Shown: positions 49,510 through 61,311 of the stretch, in pieces
Position numbering within the stretch: position 1 is the stretch's first letter
Layout: every line of letters begins with the position of its first letter
From: Gordius albopunctatus
Lineage: Eukaryota
Reading direction: 5' to 3'
NCBI GenBank assembly: GCA_964276515.1
Contig: OZ193909.1
Span: 4,588,001-4,652,000 of the forward strand
DNA: 64,000 nt
Made by a program: the position numbers and the translations under genes
Notes under the pieces: generated by a model
What the model saw: the letters and a program-made list of their open reading frames with translations, nothing else
What the model was told of the DNA's origin: nothing
Database searches by the model: none

Positions 49510-49704
49510 TTAACATGCTTTCTTTGGTTGTTGTTGAGGAAGGATCTTTAATCTTCCTTTAACTATGATTCTATATTTTGAATATGTATCATGAGGTGAA
49601 AATTTGGCCGGATGTGCCGATATGGTTGGCGTATCGTCTTTATCTACAAGTTTCATAGTATAAACCCGGCAATTGTTCTCGTCCAAATGATATCGCAGAA
49701 ACAT
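49510..49704 (-). CDS. NOP10: H/ACA snoRNP subunit NOP10 (64 aa, intronless)
   Basis: MFLRYHLDENNCRVYTMK..TISAHPAKFSPHDTYSKYRI..KILPQQQPK matches the NOP10 family pattern (RVYTLK, SAHPARFSPDD) and length. Confidence 0.92.
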   Translation of the reverse strand: MFLRYHLDENNCRVYTMKLVDKDDTPTISAHPAKFSPHDTYSKYRIIVKGRLKILPQQQPKKAC

Positions 49705-50229
49705 TGTTTTATGAGTAAAATGTAAAAATTGAGAGGTGTACAAAAGGTCAAAAAGTTTGCAAACTGTCTAATATTTATATAAGCTAGATAGATATTAAGA
49801 TTATATACCTTTATACATAATATTTTATAAGTTCCACAGTAAAAACCAGAAAATTGCTTTATATTATTAGATAAATTTTTAAGGCAATCAAAGTTCCAGG
49901 TCTGTGTGCAAAAAGTTAGGAGTTCAAAATAATGGCAACAAATTAAAATCTAGGAAAAAGACTAGGGTGTCTTGGCGTGCAGCACATTATCCACCATGCC
50001 ATGCGACGAACACAATCGGGTTAACGGCCGATTTAAAATTAAGGTAATTGAAGAATTATTTTGTAGATTAGATGCAAATAGCATGCTGGAATATTGGCGC
50101 ATTGACGGGAAAGAACAATTTGCACAAATTTTAAAATAATAAAGCTAAGCAACGCTATTGGAGGAGATGGAATTAAATCAAAGTTTAGGAGTTAGTAGAG
50201 GAATACAATCTTTTCTATAAATTTTAATA

Positions 50230-50620
50230 AATTTTTTCCTCGTAAAGAATACTTTTAAAAAATTTATCATCAGGAGCATTGGAGGGAGTTGAAAAATAAT
50301 TATAATTATTATGATAATATTTCGTCCTATTCAAAGACATCTTCAGATTCAAAATTAAACTGATAAATAAAATAATACAATTAAATAGAACGTTCTATAG
50401 TTAGGTAAATAAAATAATGTAAGAATGGATACAGATTTTCTTTGCTCATATTTTCATTGAGTGTTGGGAGTAACCTTCTAATGAAGAAGGATTCTAAGGT
50501 TTTTCTTTCAAAATAAGTTTCGGTATTAATTAAAATGGTTGTTTTCAAATTATTTCCGTGATTCTGTTGCATTAAATGATTTGAAATAGCGGTTAAATTT
50601 GCCCTACCTTTAATGCTCCT
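50230..50620 (-). mobile_element. Penelope-like element 3' fragment (end of GIY-YIG domain + hammerhead-bearing tail)
   Basis: NLTAISNHL..NH..TETYFERKTLESFFI..PTLN; homologous to 56490-56870 and 58230-58540. Confidence 0.75.
50297..50356 (-). ncRNA. Hammerhead ribozyme core (family B) in Penelope-like tail
   Basis: Minus strand CTGAAGA-T-GTCTT tgaat AGGAC-GAAA-TATTATCATAATA. Confidence 0.55.
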
Positions 50621-51315
50621 GATAATAAATCTCTTATAAGCTTTTCTATGTGTGACCAAATTTTGACAGGATACTTTTGTGATATTGTATCTCTGCAAGT
50701 GAAGCATTGATAGATTTGGTTAAAAATTTAACAGACTGACTCCTAATGCATTTAATTTGTACATAAATTTTGCCGCACGCCCGTACAAGCATACGAAAAG
50801 GCGATAGATAATTATTACCCTTATAAGCGCGTAGACATATTGTTCAAACTATTTGCTTATAAGGCAAAAAGAATATAAGGAGGAATAAAGATCTTAAAAT
50901 AAAATCGGGAGAAGAAAGCGAGGTGCAACATCTTCCACCTGTCATAGAAATTATAAGTGCATGAATTTGGATTTTATAGAAATGCTAAAATAAACGTCGC
51001 CAGGCGATAAATACCATCTGAGAGCCTTTATACTTTTCAATGCCATAAATTTATAGCGGGACCTAAACAAAGATTATTAGATGCTGACTGCAGACATAAA
51101 GAAATCTGTAATACAAATTTAAAGATCAAGGCATAATGAAATTCGGTGCTAGTATCAAAGGTTGGTGAATTCATTAAAACTCTAATAGATAATACCAATA
51201 TGAACAAAGCCTACAAATTTATTGTAAGACCGGTAATACTCTAAGGTGAAAAGGTAATACAAGATACGGGGATGAGGATGATACAGTGGAGCCTGGTATA
51301 AACAAGGCTCGATTA

Positions 51316-51960
51316 TTTTTTTAATGTTAAAATGCTTTTATTCGGTAAAATTGATACATAAAATATACAATAACGAGCATAAAATAATATTATAAATAAA
51401 AAAAAATTATTCATCACATTCGTCAATAGCCAACACGGGCCATGTGTCGGAAAAAGATTTGTAATTATATTTAGCTATCAAAATGCCGATTATTTGGCGT
51501 AAAATAAAGCTGAGTGAGTATCTAGCTTTGGGGGATCTGTTTCCTATTGATTTAAAAAAAGCTAATGCTTTTTTGCCAAAAGTAGCCTAACAGGAAGCTA
51601 CTATTGGAATAAAAATCTTAGAATCAGTGATGGCTCGGTATTTGAGTGTTTTACGATCTTCGGCACAAGAAAGTGGGTTATAATTATTATTAGTTGGCGC
51701 GAAGATATCAATGCAGGTAAAGTCCCAAGCTAGGAACTTACCAACCTCCCAGGGGATCATAGAAGCTCCGTCGGGACGCATTCTACCTTCTAAAGAAGGA
51801 TCGGATGGTTCAAGGATGGAAGGAGTGCCGGCCTTTTTAAAAGCCGATTGAATTAAAAGGTTTATCTTTTGATGTCGTATAAAGCATGCACTGTCTGAGA
51901 GCAAACATTGGTATGTAATCGATCGGGGATCGGCGAAGTTGGTATAGAAATATTCCAAGA
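51316..51960 (-). mobile_element. 5'-truncated CRE-like RLE fragment (closer to the 2899-3360 subfamily)
   Basis: RHQKINLLIQSA..PSILEP..RPDG..PW..WDFTC..RKTLKY..FIPIV; AATAAA + poly(A) at the minus-strand end. Confidence 0.8.
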
Positions 51961-52318
51961 AAAAATGCGGATGGTGTAAATAAAATAGCGTATATAGAGT
52001 TTCCGGGGAAGAAGAAATAGAGTGACCGGATACTTAAAAAGAGCAAAGGGAAAAATGTATACATAAAAACAACTTTATTAAAACTGTAAATGGGCGTTTA
52101 TAATTATGATTTCCTAATTTTCTTCTTCTCAGATTGTTATTTATTAAGTAGTATATAAATAGTAAATAATTGCTTAGAGAAGCTATAAGGACAGCTTCTC
52201 TTGAATGTTAACCTATCCCTTTTTTAATAATAAGATCTTTATTACGTACATTAAATGTGCACCTGCAACAATGACGATAACTTAATTTTTAAAATGATAA
52301 TATATTATTATCTTTTAA

Positions 52319-53587
52319 TCAAAATCTAAAACAACGAGTTACACCATACTGTTTTTTCCTATTTTAAGTATTGTTCTTATTTTATTGATAATTCTATGTT
52401 GTTTTTGCTTCTATTATGCTATAAAATATTATGGATACAAAGCTGAACTCGTAGAATTGATATATAGAACATGCTTCTGCTTGTCTCACAAATTATTTCC
52501 AAACAAAGAATATAAGTTTACTGATATCACAAATCAAATACCTACTAAGAAATTTGTAATATTGGGAAAGAAAAATGCTTTTAAAGCTTCTCAAAATAGA
52601 GGCAAAAATGATAAAATTGGAGATCACCCATATCGGGATCGACTTTTGGCCTACCAATCTACAGAAAGTCCTTCTTTCAAATCAAAGCCACGTAAAAATA
52701 GATTGTCAAAAAATATTTTAAATCAGATTCAACACCTGAAAGATAAATTGCCATCTTCACCAAATGAAATTAGCCAGAAATCGAAACTAAACAAATTACT
52801 AGACTATATTAGGGCTACCAGCCTAAGCGAAAATCAAAGAAACCCGTCTAAGAAAAGGGTTTTACAAGAGCTTGCAGCCAAAAAAACTCTCGACAGCAGT
52901 CTACACAAGAAATCCTTACCAAACTTTATCCCGTCAGTTTTACCCGATTTCGCAGATGATACATTGGAGGTTTTAGACTTATCGTCTCTACAAAAGCCCA
53001 AAGAAATTATTAGCAAAATTAAGGATCCTTCAAATGTAATCAAACTAGACGAGAAGGCTATACCCATTTTTGAGGAAAATTATAAATACAAAGAAAAAAA
53101 TCTTTCTTCTTCGAAACCATGTGTGGATCCCGTCAAATGTGAGGAAATTAATGAAACTCTTACAAAAACAGACATGCAAGACAAGCCAGAAGACTCAAAG
53201 TCAGTTGATAATTTTGAAGAATATTACGTATATGATTACGACGTGGATGTACCTACCATAGGAGGAGCGGATGCCACAGAGACAGTGGTTTTTACTAAAA
53301 AGGAAGCAATTTCTCCCGTGAAGCATCCCAAACATTCTACCAAGACAGTGCGTTTTAAGTTGCCTGGCAAAGAACAAGAAGTACTACCTACGGATGAAGT
53401 GTCCGAACATGAATACACTTATGTAGATGAATCCTACACCGACGATCAAGATGATGTTCAGGGGGATAAAAGGGACAATATTAATGCAGATGGTAAGGAT
53501 GAAATCGACGCATCATCATCCAGTTACGTTTACGAATACGAAGATTATAATAGCTCTGCGTTGGAGAATAGTTCGATGCGGCTCTAA
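52319..53587 (+). CDS. Unrecognised predicted single-pass membrane protein; true start unresolved
   Basis: Stop-free frame of ~422 codons from 52319; hydrophobic ILFFPILSIVLILLIILCCFCFYY, then a basic region and an acidic Tyr-rich C-terminus; no in-frame ATG before the hydrophobic stretch. Confidence 0.55.
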   Translation, partial: SKSKTTSYTILFFPILSIVLILLIILCCFCFYYAIKYYGYKAELVELIYRTCFCLSHKLFPNKEYKFTDITNQIPTKKFVILGKKNAFKASQNRGKNDKIGDHPYRDRLLAYQSTESPSFKSKPRKNRLSKNILNQIQHLKDKLPSSPNEISQKSKLNKLLDYIRATSLSENQRNPSKKRVLQELAAKKTLDSSLHKKSLPNFIPSVLPDFADDTLEVLDLSSLQKPKEIISKIKDPSNVIKLDEKAIPIFEENYKYKEKNLSSSKPCVDPVKCEEINETLTKTDMQDKPEDSKSVDNFEEYYVYDYDVDVPTIGGADATETVVFTKKEAISPVKHPKHSTKTVRFKLPGKEQEVLPTDEVSEHEYTYVDESYTDDQDDVQGDKRDNINADGKDEIDASSSSYVYEYEDYNSSALENSSMRL

Positions 53588-53754
53588 CGCTTTGACTTCT
53601 TTAGGGTTCAAAACGTCATCGACCTAAAAGACCGTCCCATTTAAATTACTCGTACTTGATTTATTAAGCCTAACTTATAAAACACAGCAGATTTGTTTAA
53701 CACAGAAACTTATATATGGTATACTATTTGTAGAATTCCTATAAGCAATTAATC

Positions 53755-54441
53755 CATAGGCGTACAGAAGGGGGTAGAAAAAGGGAAAGTTTACCCCCTT
53801 GGCAAAAATTAATATTTTTTTTATTAAAAAATAACATATTTTTAGATTGAAAGTTTTCATTCTATAGCTGAGTAACTGACTCAAAATGACATTTATAAAT
53901 AAATACCGATTATACTTTTTTATTTTTGAATTGAATTTCGACAAAAAGCCAATTAACCATTATTTTCTTTTTCCGATATCGTTTATTCACTTGCATTACA
54001 ATGAAAAAAAGAAATTTGGAGCATTATTTCCCTATGAAATTATCCGATCCTCCTACATCAAAACCTAGTAATTCGTTGATCTATTGATAAATATAAATAC
54101 AAAAGCGGTGTATATTTTTTTTTGCCAAAAGATAAGACGAAGAATTTTTTCAGGAGTTAAGGCTAACTCCCGATGAATCGTTAGGAGCCTAAGCTACTAA
54201 AATATATTTTAAAGATTTAATAAGCCTGCAACTATATCAGTAAAAAATGAAAAGAATTATGAATAATATCAGTGAATAGAAAAATACGCCGTTCGGGCGC
54301 AGCTGGCGGCTTCGCCCCCCCCCCAGACCCCCGTTCCCATCTCCTGGGGGATCCGCTTTATAAATAATTTATTGAAATAAAAATGTTTTTGAAAAATTGG
54401 AAATTTTCTACCCCCTTGGTAAAATCCTGGCTACGCGCCTG
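53755..54441. mobile_element. hAT-type MITE (687 bp)
   Basis: CATAGGCGTA / TACGCGCCTG ends; 8-bp TSD AATTAATC (53747-53754, 54442-54449). Confidence 0.82.
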
Positions 54442-55159
54442 AATTAATCTCAATACTATAGATTGACAATATATATATTAGAAAAATGCGCCTGTTTAAT
54501 TCCGTGAGGCGAAAGTCCTATTCAGGCAATAATATGGTTCCGGGCATGGGTAACATACTTAGCCGTCTTATTTTTTTATATGACTTGGATTGGGTTTTCT
54601 CATGATTAGAACATGTCTCAAATGATATGTTACTTTTGAGTGGCAGATCCGTTTGTTTTTTCCTTTGATTAATGCTTCAAACTGGTTTTATTTCCAACTT
54701 GGACTTTTTGCAGAATTTTTAATTTAATAGAGTAGAAAAACATACATTTAATAAATCTATAGTAAAGGCCGAGACTATCATTAATGGCTGATTCGGATTG
54801 TAGAGAGGGTTGGGGGACTTTAATATTAAACCCTAATTAGATAACCGTTGTAAATTAATAGATGTATATTTTATCATAAGCCTGTTGATTAACAAATACA
54901 ATAGCTTTAACGTCTTCTGTTTTAAAAAACATACCTAGCTATTTTGTAAAATAATTGCTTAGATGCAACTGATATGAGGAAAAGGGACTGAGAAACATAC
55001 AAAAACGATACATTGCGAAATTATCCTCCATGTGTCATTGAGACATTATATTGCGTTAGATATAGTCTAAAGCAACTAAGTTTATATCGATTTTTAGCCC
55101 CAAATATTTTTGAAATTCGTTTATCAAATATGCTGTATTAAACATGAATTTATTTTTAT

Positions 55160-55960
55160 TTTTCTTCTTTATCAAGTATTTGATCCCGAGTCGTGTTGTT
55201 TGTTTTGATGAGCTTCATCCATCTTGTTAGGATAAATCACATGACTTTTTAATTTTAGTTTTCATAACTTTATCCACTTGCCCTTTCCACGTGACATGAG
55301 GTCGTTCTCTTCCTATCTTCCCCGGTACCTCCATATCCAGTACTTTTCGAATTAGATCATTTTTCTCCCTTCTTAGAATGCCTATACCACCTTAGCCTAT
55401 TTTTGTTAATCAAATCTGCCATAGGGTGACTAACCAATTTTGTCCTGAGAAAGTCATTCGTTATATGATCGAGCTTAATATACCCTAAACTCCACCGTAC
55501 AATTCTCATCTCCGTGACTTGTATTAGCCTTTATACCGCGGTGTTTAATGCCCAAGGTTAACTTCCATAGGAAAACATTGGTTTAACGATAGATTTTTAA
55601 GCTTTGCCCTTCAAGTTTCAACCATATTGCCATCTTCTTGTTGTTCCTTACACCTGATATAATTCGCCATTTAAGCCATTCTTTTTGAATCAGGGCATTG
55701 ACTTTTGTTGCGTACACTCCATCTTGATTTAGGATCGAGTCGAGGTATGTAAACCTGGCTACTTTTGAATACTTTAGATGGTCATGTGGCGATGGTGTGC
55801 CTGTAACGTTCATCACGTGTATACCATTTTTCGATGGATTCCCTTTAAATCATATCCATCTAAATGCTTTGATCTTTTCGGGTTCTTCGAATACTTTCGC
55901 CTTATAATATACACCATGGCGATGGCTATTGAATGTCTATGTTATCATATCCATAATTAT
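55160..55960 (-). mobile_element. Decayed RTE-like LINE 3' fragment
   Basis: FTYLDSIL..WLKWRIISGV, EMRIVRWSLG, RLKWY, GKIGRERP..W motifs on the minus strand. Confidence 0.7.
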
Positions 55961-56489
55961 ATTGAATAAAAAGAGACTTAAAGCAGATCCTTGATTTCGA
56001 CCAGAAAGGATTTAGAATCTCCGACTGTCGCCCTAACGCACTAATTTAAGACTTAAATATTTTTCATAAGCCGTACATATGCGTCAGAGATACTTTTTAT
56101 AAAATTTTTACAAGATTAATTTTTTAATTGGTGAAATTAATTAAAAACACATTTACCCGATTTTTAGAACTTTAAGATCACACTGATCAAATTTTTTGGA
56201 TTTAAATACCATTCTGGAGGTAACTAAAATAAATATTCAAAATATTTAGATTAAAACTTGTCGCTTAAATTGTATTTCTAACCACATGTCTTTTAGCAAA
56301 CCGTTATAATTTTATCGATCGTTTTATTTTTGAATTGTATATCGTTAACGCAGCCTTACAAATATAACCTGCAATCTTATTAGTATGATTGTTGCGTCTG
56401 CTTAAAATATCGAATTAAATATTAAAAGAAAATTACACCGATCTTCAAATATTTATTTTGCGATTCTATCTCATACTCAGGCAAATTAT

Positions 56490-57400
56490 TATGTTAAAGA
56501 AATTTACCCTACACAATAATATACTATTTTCAAGAGATTTATTCAAAAGAGCCTTAGAGGGCGTTAAAAAAAATAATTTTTAATTATATTTTGTTCTATT
56601 CAAGGACATCATCCGATTAAAACTAAATGGATAAGTTAAAAATAAAATAATAAAATTAAATAGAACTTTATATAAAGAGGTAATAGTATAATTCAAAAAT
56701 GGATAGAGGTTCTCTTTAGCTAATTCTTCATTAAGTGTTGGCTTAACCACAACGAAGAAGTGTTCATGATTTTCTTTCGAAATAAGTTTCAATAATAAGT
56801 AAAATTGTTGTTTTCCAATTGTTTGTGTGGTTTTTATGTATTAAATGTTTAGAAATGGCTGTTACATTTGCGTTCGGGCGATATAACGCCGCTAGATGTT
56901 CTTTGAGCCGTGTTATAAAATCTCTTTTTGTTTCCCTAATATAAAAATTATTGCATTGAATACAAGTTATTTTATGTATTAGGTTGTTTGTCCTTGGAGA
57001 AGTTTTATAATTATTTTGTATGATATTTAACAAAGGTCTGTCAGGTTTCTGACTTATTATTATGTTGTTTACATTATTATCCCTTAAAATGTATGTCGTA
57101 TCCGTATATATTCTTTCCCTCATGCCCCCTGTCGTATATAAATACTGATTTACACGTATATTTAATTGTACGTTCGTTGATTGCGGGATTCTTTTGATCT
57201 TACACGTTGTTCAACATCTGTATTTCCTGTAAGGATTTTAATATCAATCATAGCGTAGTACCACTACTCCTTTACATTTAATTTCCAATACGCGTGTGTT
57301 ATTCCATCCCACACACGCTTATACGTGTTTGTTATTTCTATCAACACGCATCAGTGAATGTGATATACGTGTGTTATCGTATTGATAATTTTGATATACA
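56490..57400 (-). mobile_element. Penelope-like element fragment with GIY-YIG endonuclease remnant
   Basis: LIHKITCIQCNNFYIRETKRDFITRLKEH..TAISKHL..NH fits the PLE GIY-YIG pattern (VYxIxCxxC..YIGET.R..R..EH); mutated hammerhead at 56578-56622. Confidence 0.78.
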
Positions 57401-57939
57401 TCATTATAATTTTTCGTCTTAAATACAATGGAAATAAATATGTAGTAAAAACTATTAAGGTATAAAGACGTGCAGGCGCTGGGGGATGGCAAACTTTTAT
57501 CCACCGTCCGGCAATCTCTCAATATATTAAAATCCAACTATATTCCTGATGATTATCCTTCCTTCAAATCTTTTTAATCGTATTCTTAGGACGTTTAATT
57601 TGACATCTTAGGAATATAAAAATGTATTTTATGTTTCTTATAGAACTATAAGGAATAAGGGAAATTTTAACAGCCCTTTCTAATCATTTAAACAAACAAA
57701 ATCATACAAACAATTCGAAAAGAATAATTTTACTTACTTTTCTATTTTTAAACAAGTTGAAATTTATATTTGCTCAGGATGCGATTTAAGATATGATGAA
57801 TAGGAATAGGGGGTTATATCAGACGACGGCAGGCTAAACCTTGCCTCCACAAAGGCAGACTTACTAAAAACTACCTAAAAAATCACAGAATTAAAATAAA
57901 TATCGAATGAATGAAAAATCAAACAACTCTTGATGCACT

Positions 57940-58540
57940 ATGTTGTGTATCAAATTCTATGATGCGTGTTCGTGTTGATCAATGGGGAAGAAATAACAAA
58001 TACGTATACGCACACGTAAATAAAATTAAATGTAAAGGAAAAGTACCACATATGAAGTAGTAGGGTTTGTTACTACGCTAGGATTGATATTAAAATCATA
58101 TACAGCAGATGTTTTCCAGCGTGTAAGATAATCGAATAAGTATGTATGAAATACGAAGTTTTAAACTTTTGTATAGGAGGATATGGGGCGGGGGCGAATT
58201 TAAATATACGAGTATCTACGGATACGACACTTACTACTGAAACTTATTTCGAAAGAAAAATTATAGAATTCTTCTTCATTGGAGTGTTAAAGCCACCATT
58301 AATGAAGAAATGGGTTAAGAGAACCTCTATTTAATTTTACATTATAATATTACCCTCCCTATAGAAAGTTCTACTTAATTGTTTAATTTTATTTTTTACT
58401 TATAAATTCATTTTTTTAATCTGATGATGTCCTCAAATAGGGCGAAATATTATTATAATAATTTTAATTATTTTTTAACGCCCTCTAATTCTCCTATGAA
58501 TAAATCTCTTAAAAATATTCGTTATGAGGGACAAAATCTT
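57940..58540 (+). mobile_element. Internally deleted Penelope-like copy, inverted relative to 56490-57400
   Basis: TETYFERKIIEFFF..KPPL; TACTACGCTAGGATTGATATTAAAATC is the reverse complement of ~57233-57260. Confidence 0.7.
58412..58469 (+). ncRNA. Hammerhead ribozyme core (family B)
   Basis: CTGATGA-T-GTCCT caaat AGGGC-GAAA-TATTATTATAATA; helix II pairing is retained despite differences from the 50297 copy. Confidence 0.55.
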
Positions 58541-60310
58541 TTAAATTTAATAATATACTATTTGTTTTTTCCCAAAACATCCAGATTTTTACAGAAATGA
58601 GATTAAAAGAGAGCTTTCCATTTTTAATTAATTTATAAGACTTATAAACCCTTGATTATCTACAGGGCTATAAGATTATTTATTTAATTACCTTCTAAGT
58701 TTAAATTTCTCAGTAGTCACCTAATTCCTACCCTAATTAAAATTTCTCTCGCTTGATCTAGAAAAACTAAGCTAATAGTATTTATGATGTGCTTACTAAG
58801 ATTTCGGACCCTCCGCCTACTATCTCTCCTTCCCCTCTACTCCAGACCTCATCCATAGAGGCGGGAGTGAAGAAGGAAAGAGGGAGGGAAGATAGAGAGG
58901 AAAGTAAGTGGAGAGAAAGTAAAATGTTAGCAAACATCACACAATACTATTCCGTTTTCAAATACATAGTGGGAGGAATTATGATAATGGGAAGGGGCTC
59001 AGAACACAATAAACTTTGTTCAACCAAAAAATAATATTATAACTCTGTAGATTATAAAACTGTTTAATTTAAAGATGGAGAGGGATTTTGTTTTAGAATA
59101 AGAAGCTTCATTTATCTAAAAATCTGGAGGTTTTAGAAATAAATGAAAAACTTATTATTGCAAGTTGGAGATATTACTCTTATTTGGGTTGAGATGATAT
59201 GATATTTCTATAGTTAAAAAAACAAAAACTTAACGACGAATATAATTGGTGATAAGGATATGAGTAATCATAGAAATTGCCAGGTATTTACTGCATGTTC
59301 ATACTTTCTAGGATCCTGGAATAAAAGGATAGAGCGAATTTTTCAGATGGTGATTGATTTTTTAAAGGTTAATGTAATTACGATAACTGGAAATAACAAA
59401 CAGTTTACATAAGCTTACTCATAAATGTATATTCTAGATCTTCTATTTTAGAATGATATATTTATGGTGTATACTTGAAGAATTAAAATTGTATCGTTAG
59501 ACAAATATCTGTCCTATGTATTTGTTATTAATAGTTTGTTTACATATAATACAGTAAGTTTACTAAAATATAGTTTCTACTTAATTTTAAATTCTTTAAG
59601 TTCTACTTTAGGTCTCATTTGTAAATGTGCTCAAACATTAAATATGGGTCCATCTAAACACTGCATAGAAATGCAAAAGTGCGAAAATGGGATAGCTTGG
59701 AATTGTACCTCGTGTTGTCAAACATGCGCTAAGGTCAGTCTCGTTTTAATATATTCAAATATGTAAAGTTTGATTTATGTTTAAATGATCATAATTATTA
59801 TCATAAAATCTTTTAATAATGTTTACCCTATTATAAGGGAGGCGAAGCCTAACGCGCATGACCTAAGGTGTTTTATAAGAACGGCTAGGATAAATGATTC
59901 AAGAATGAATAATAATATAACATGTAGTTATTTTGCAAACATATTAAAAACCTTCAAGTTCACGTAGTCAGGCGTAGGAATTTTTATGGTAACCTTCATG
60001 ATGATTTTAGACCATTACGTAGGCCTTTAGGATAAATAAATTTCACCGCGAAAAACTGCTTTTTAATGGGCGAGATCATATTATATACTATGTTATAAAT
60101 ATAGAATATACGTATGCCTAGTGCGGCATTTATGAATTTGACCTAGCTGACTAGGATGTTATTGAAAAATATTACCTTTTCTTTTTTAACATTTAAATTA
60201 TGTTTTAATTTTGGTCATATTTTATAATCTTCAAAACCCATACTATTAGAAACCTTATGAAAAAGAGGGTCTTAATCGAAATTCGAGTTGATTAAACAAT
60301 GTAAATTAAC

Positions 60311-61128
60311 TAGAGCTGTTTAAATTTCCTTTTAAAAAGTAACATGTCAAGTTCCAGTTCCTTTGCCTAAAATGGAACTAGTTCCAGTTCCTAGTTCCTC
60401 ATTTTAAAAAGGAACTAGTTCCAGTTCACGTTCCTTTTGAAGTTCCTTTTTTAAATTTTTTTTAATGTACAAACATCTTTTAAATTCATAAAACCAATAT
60501 ATTATATATTACAATTTATAAAAATCATCAGGTAATAAATTTTTATTTGATTTTAACAAAATATTATTTTCAAAGTGATCATCTAAAAGACATGTTCGCT
60601 TGTCTCCAACTAAAATTTTGGCCAACCTAAATAATCTTTCCACATGGGCACTTGATGGTAATGGCATATTATATTTAATAAATAGTTTTTTTAAATGGGG
60701 AAAACTGTCTAAAAGACTTAAATTCCTGTTATTAGAAAGCAAAAAACGTTCAATTGATTCATTCTTTTCATCATTTTTTAATTCAAAAAAAATTCATTTC
60801 TGATAAACTAGGTCCAGCCTGTTGAGATTTAGGAACAAACAAATTGATAGGTATATGATAAAAATTAAAAACCAATTAAAGAAAATGAACTTTATATAAA
60901 TTACCATAAGTCGAAAAATTTATTTAACAAACACTACCGTGAATAAAATACTAAATAATATTTAAATTATAAATTAATTTAAAAATTTTTAATGCAAATT
61001 AAAATTGGCAAAAGGAACTTAAAAGGAACTTGTAAGTAGTTCCTTTTGCGATAAATTGAGAAAAAAAAGGAACTAGTTCCAGTTCCTCATCTTAAAAATA
61101 AACTTATTAGTTCCTTTTTACACCTCTA
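60311..61128 (-). mobile_element. Internally deleted hAT element
   Basis: TAGAG..CTCTA ends, 8-bp TSD AAATTAAC (60303-60310, 61129-61136), GAACTAGTTCC subterminal repeats, dimerization domain FPHLKKLFIKYNMPLPSSAHVERLF. Confidence 0.88.
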
Positions 61129-61311
61129 AAATTAACCTATAAAATAACTTAACAATTGGGGGAGCTAATGTTTGAGATTAAGATTAAACATAAGCAAAAC
61201 TATTATCCGATTATATATATTTATATCTTTTTAATTTAAAATAATTGTATTGCTTCTAAATAATCCCCAAAGCAACATAAAAAATGAATTATGAGAGATA
61301 AGATTAAATAA

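Larger units (their letters stand above)
50070..51310 (+). pseudogene. Heavily deleted RTE-like remnant, interrupted by a Penelope-like fragment
   Basis: IACWNIGALTGK endonuclease start at ~50078; C-terminal-like VRPVIL..MRMIQW near 51225-51290. Confidence 0.45.

Noticed and set aside
59000..59460. Possible small-intron gene (GT..AG at ~59284-59310 and ~59368-59403)
   Set aside because: No splice phase gives a continuous open frame or a recognisable protein.
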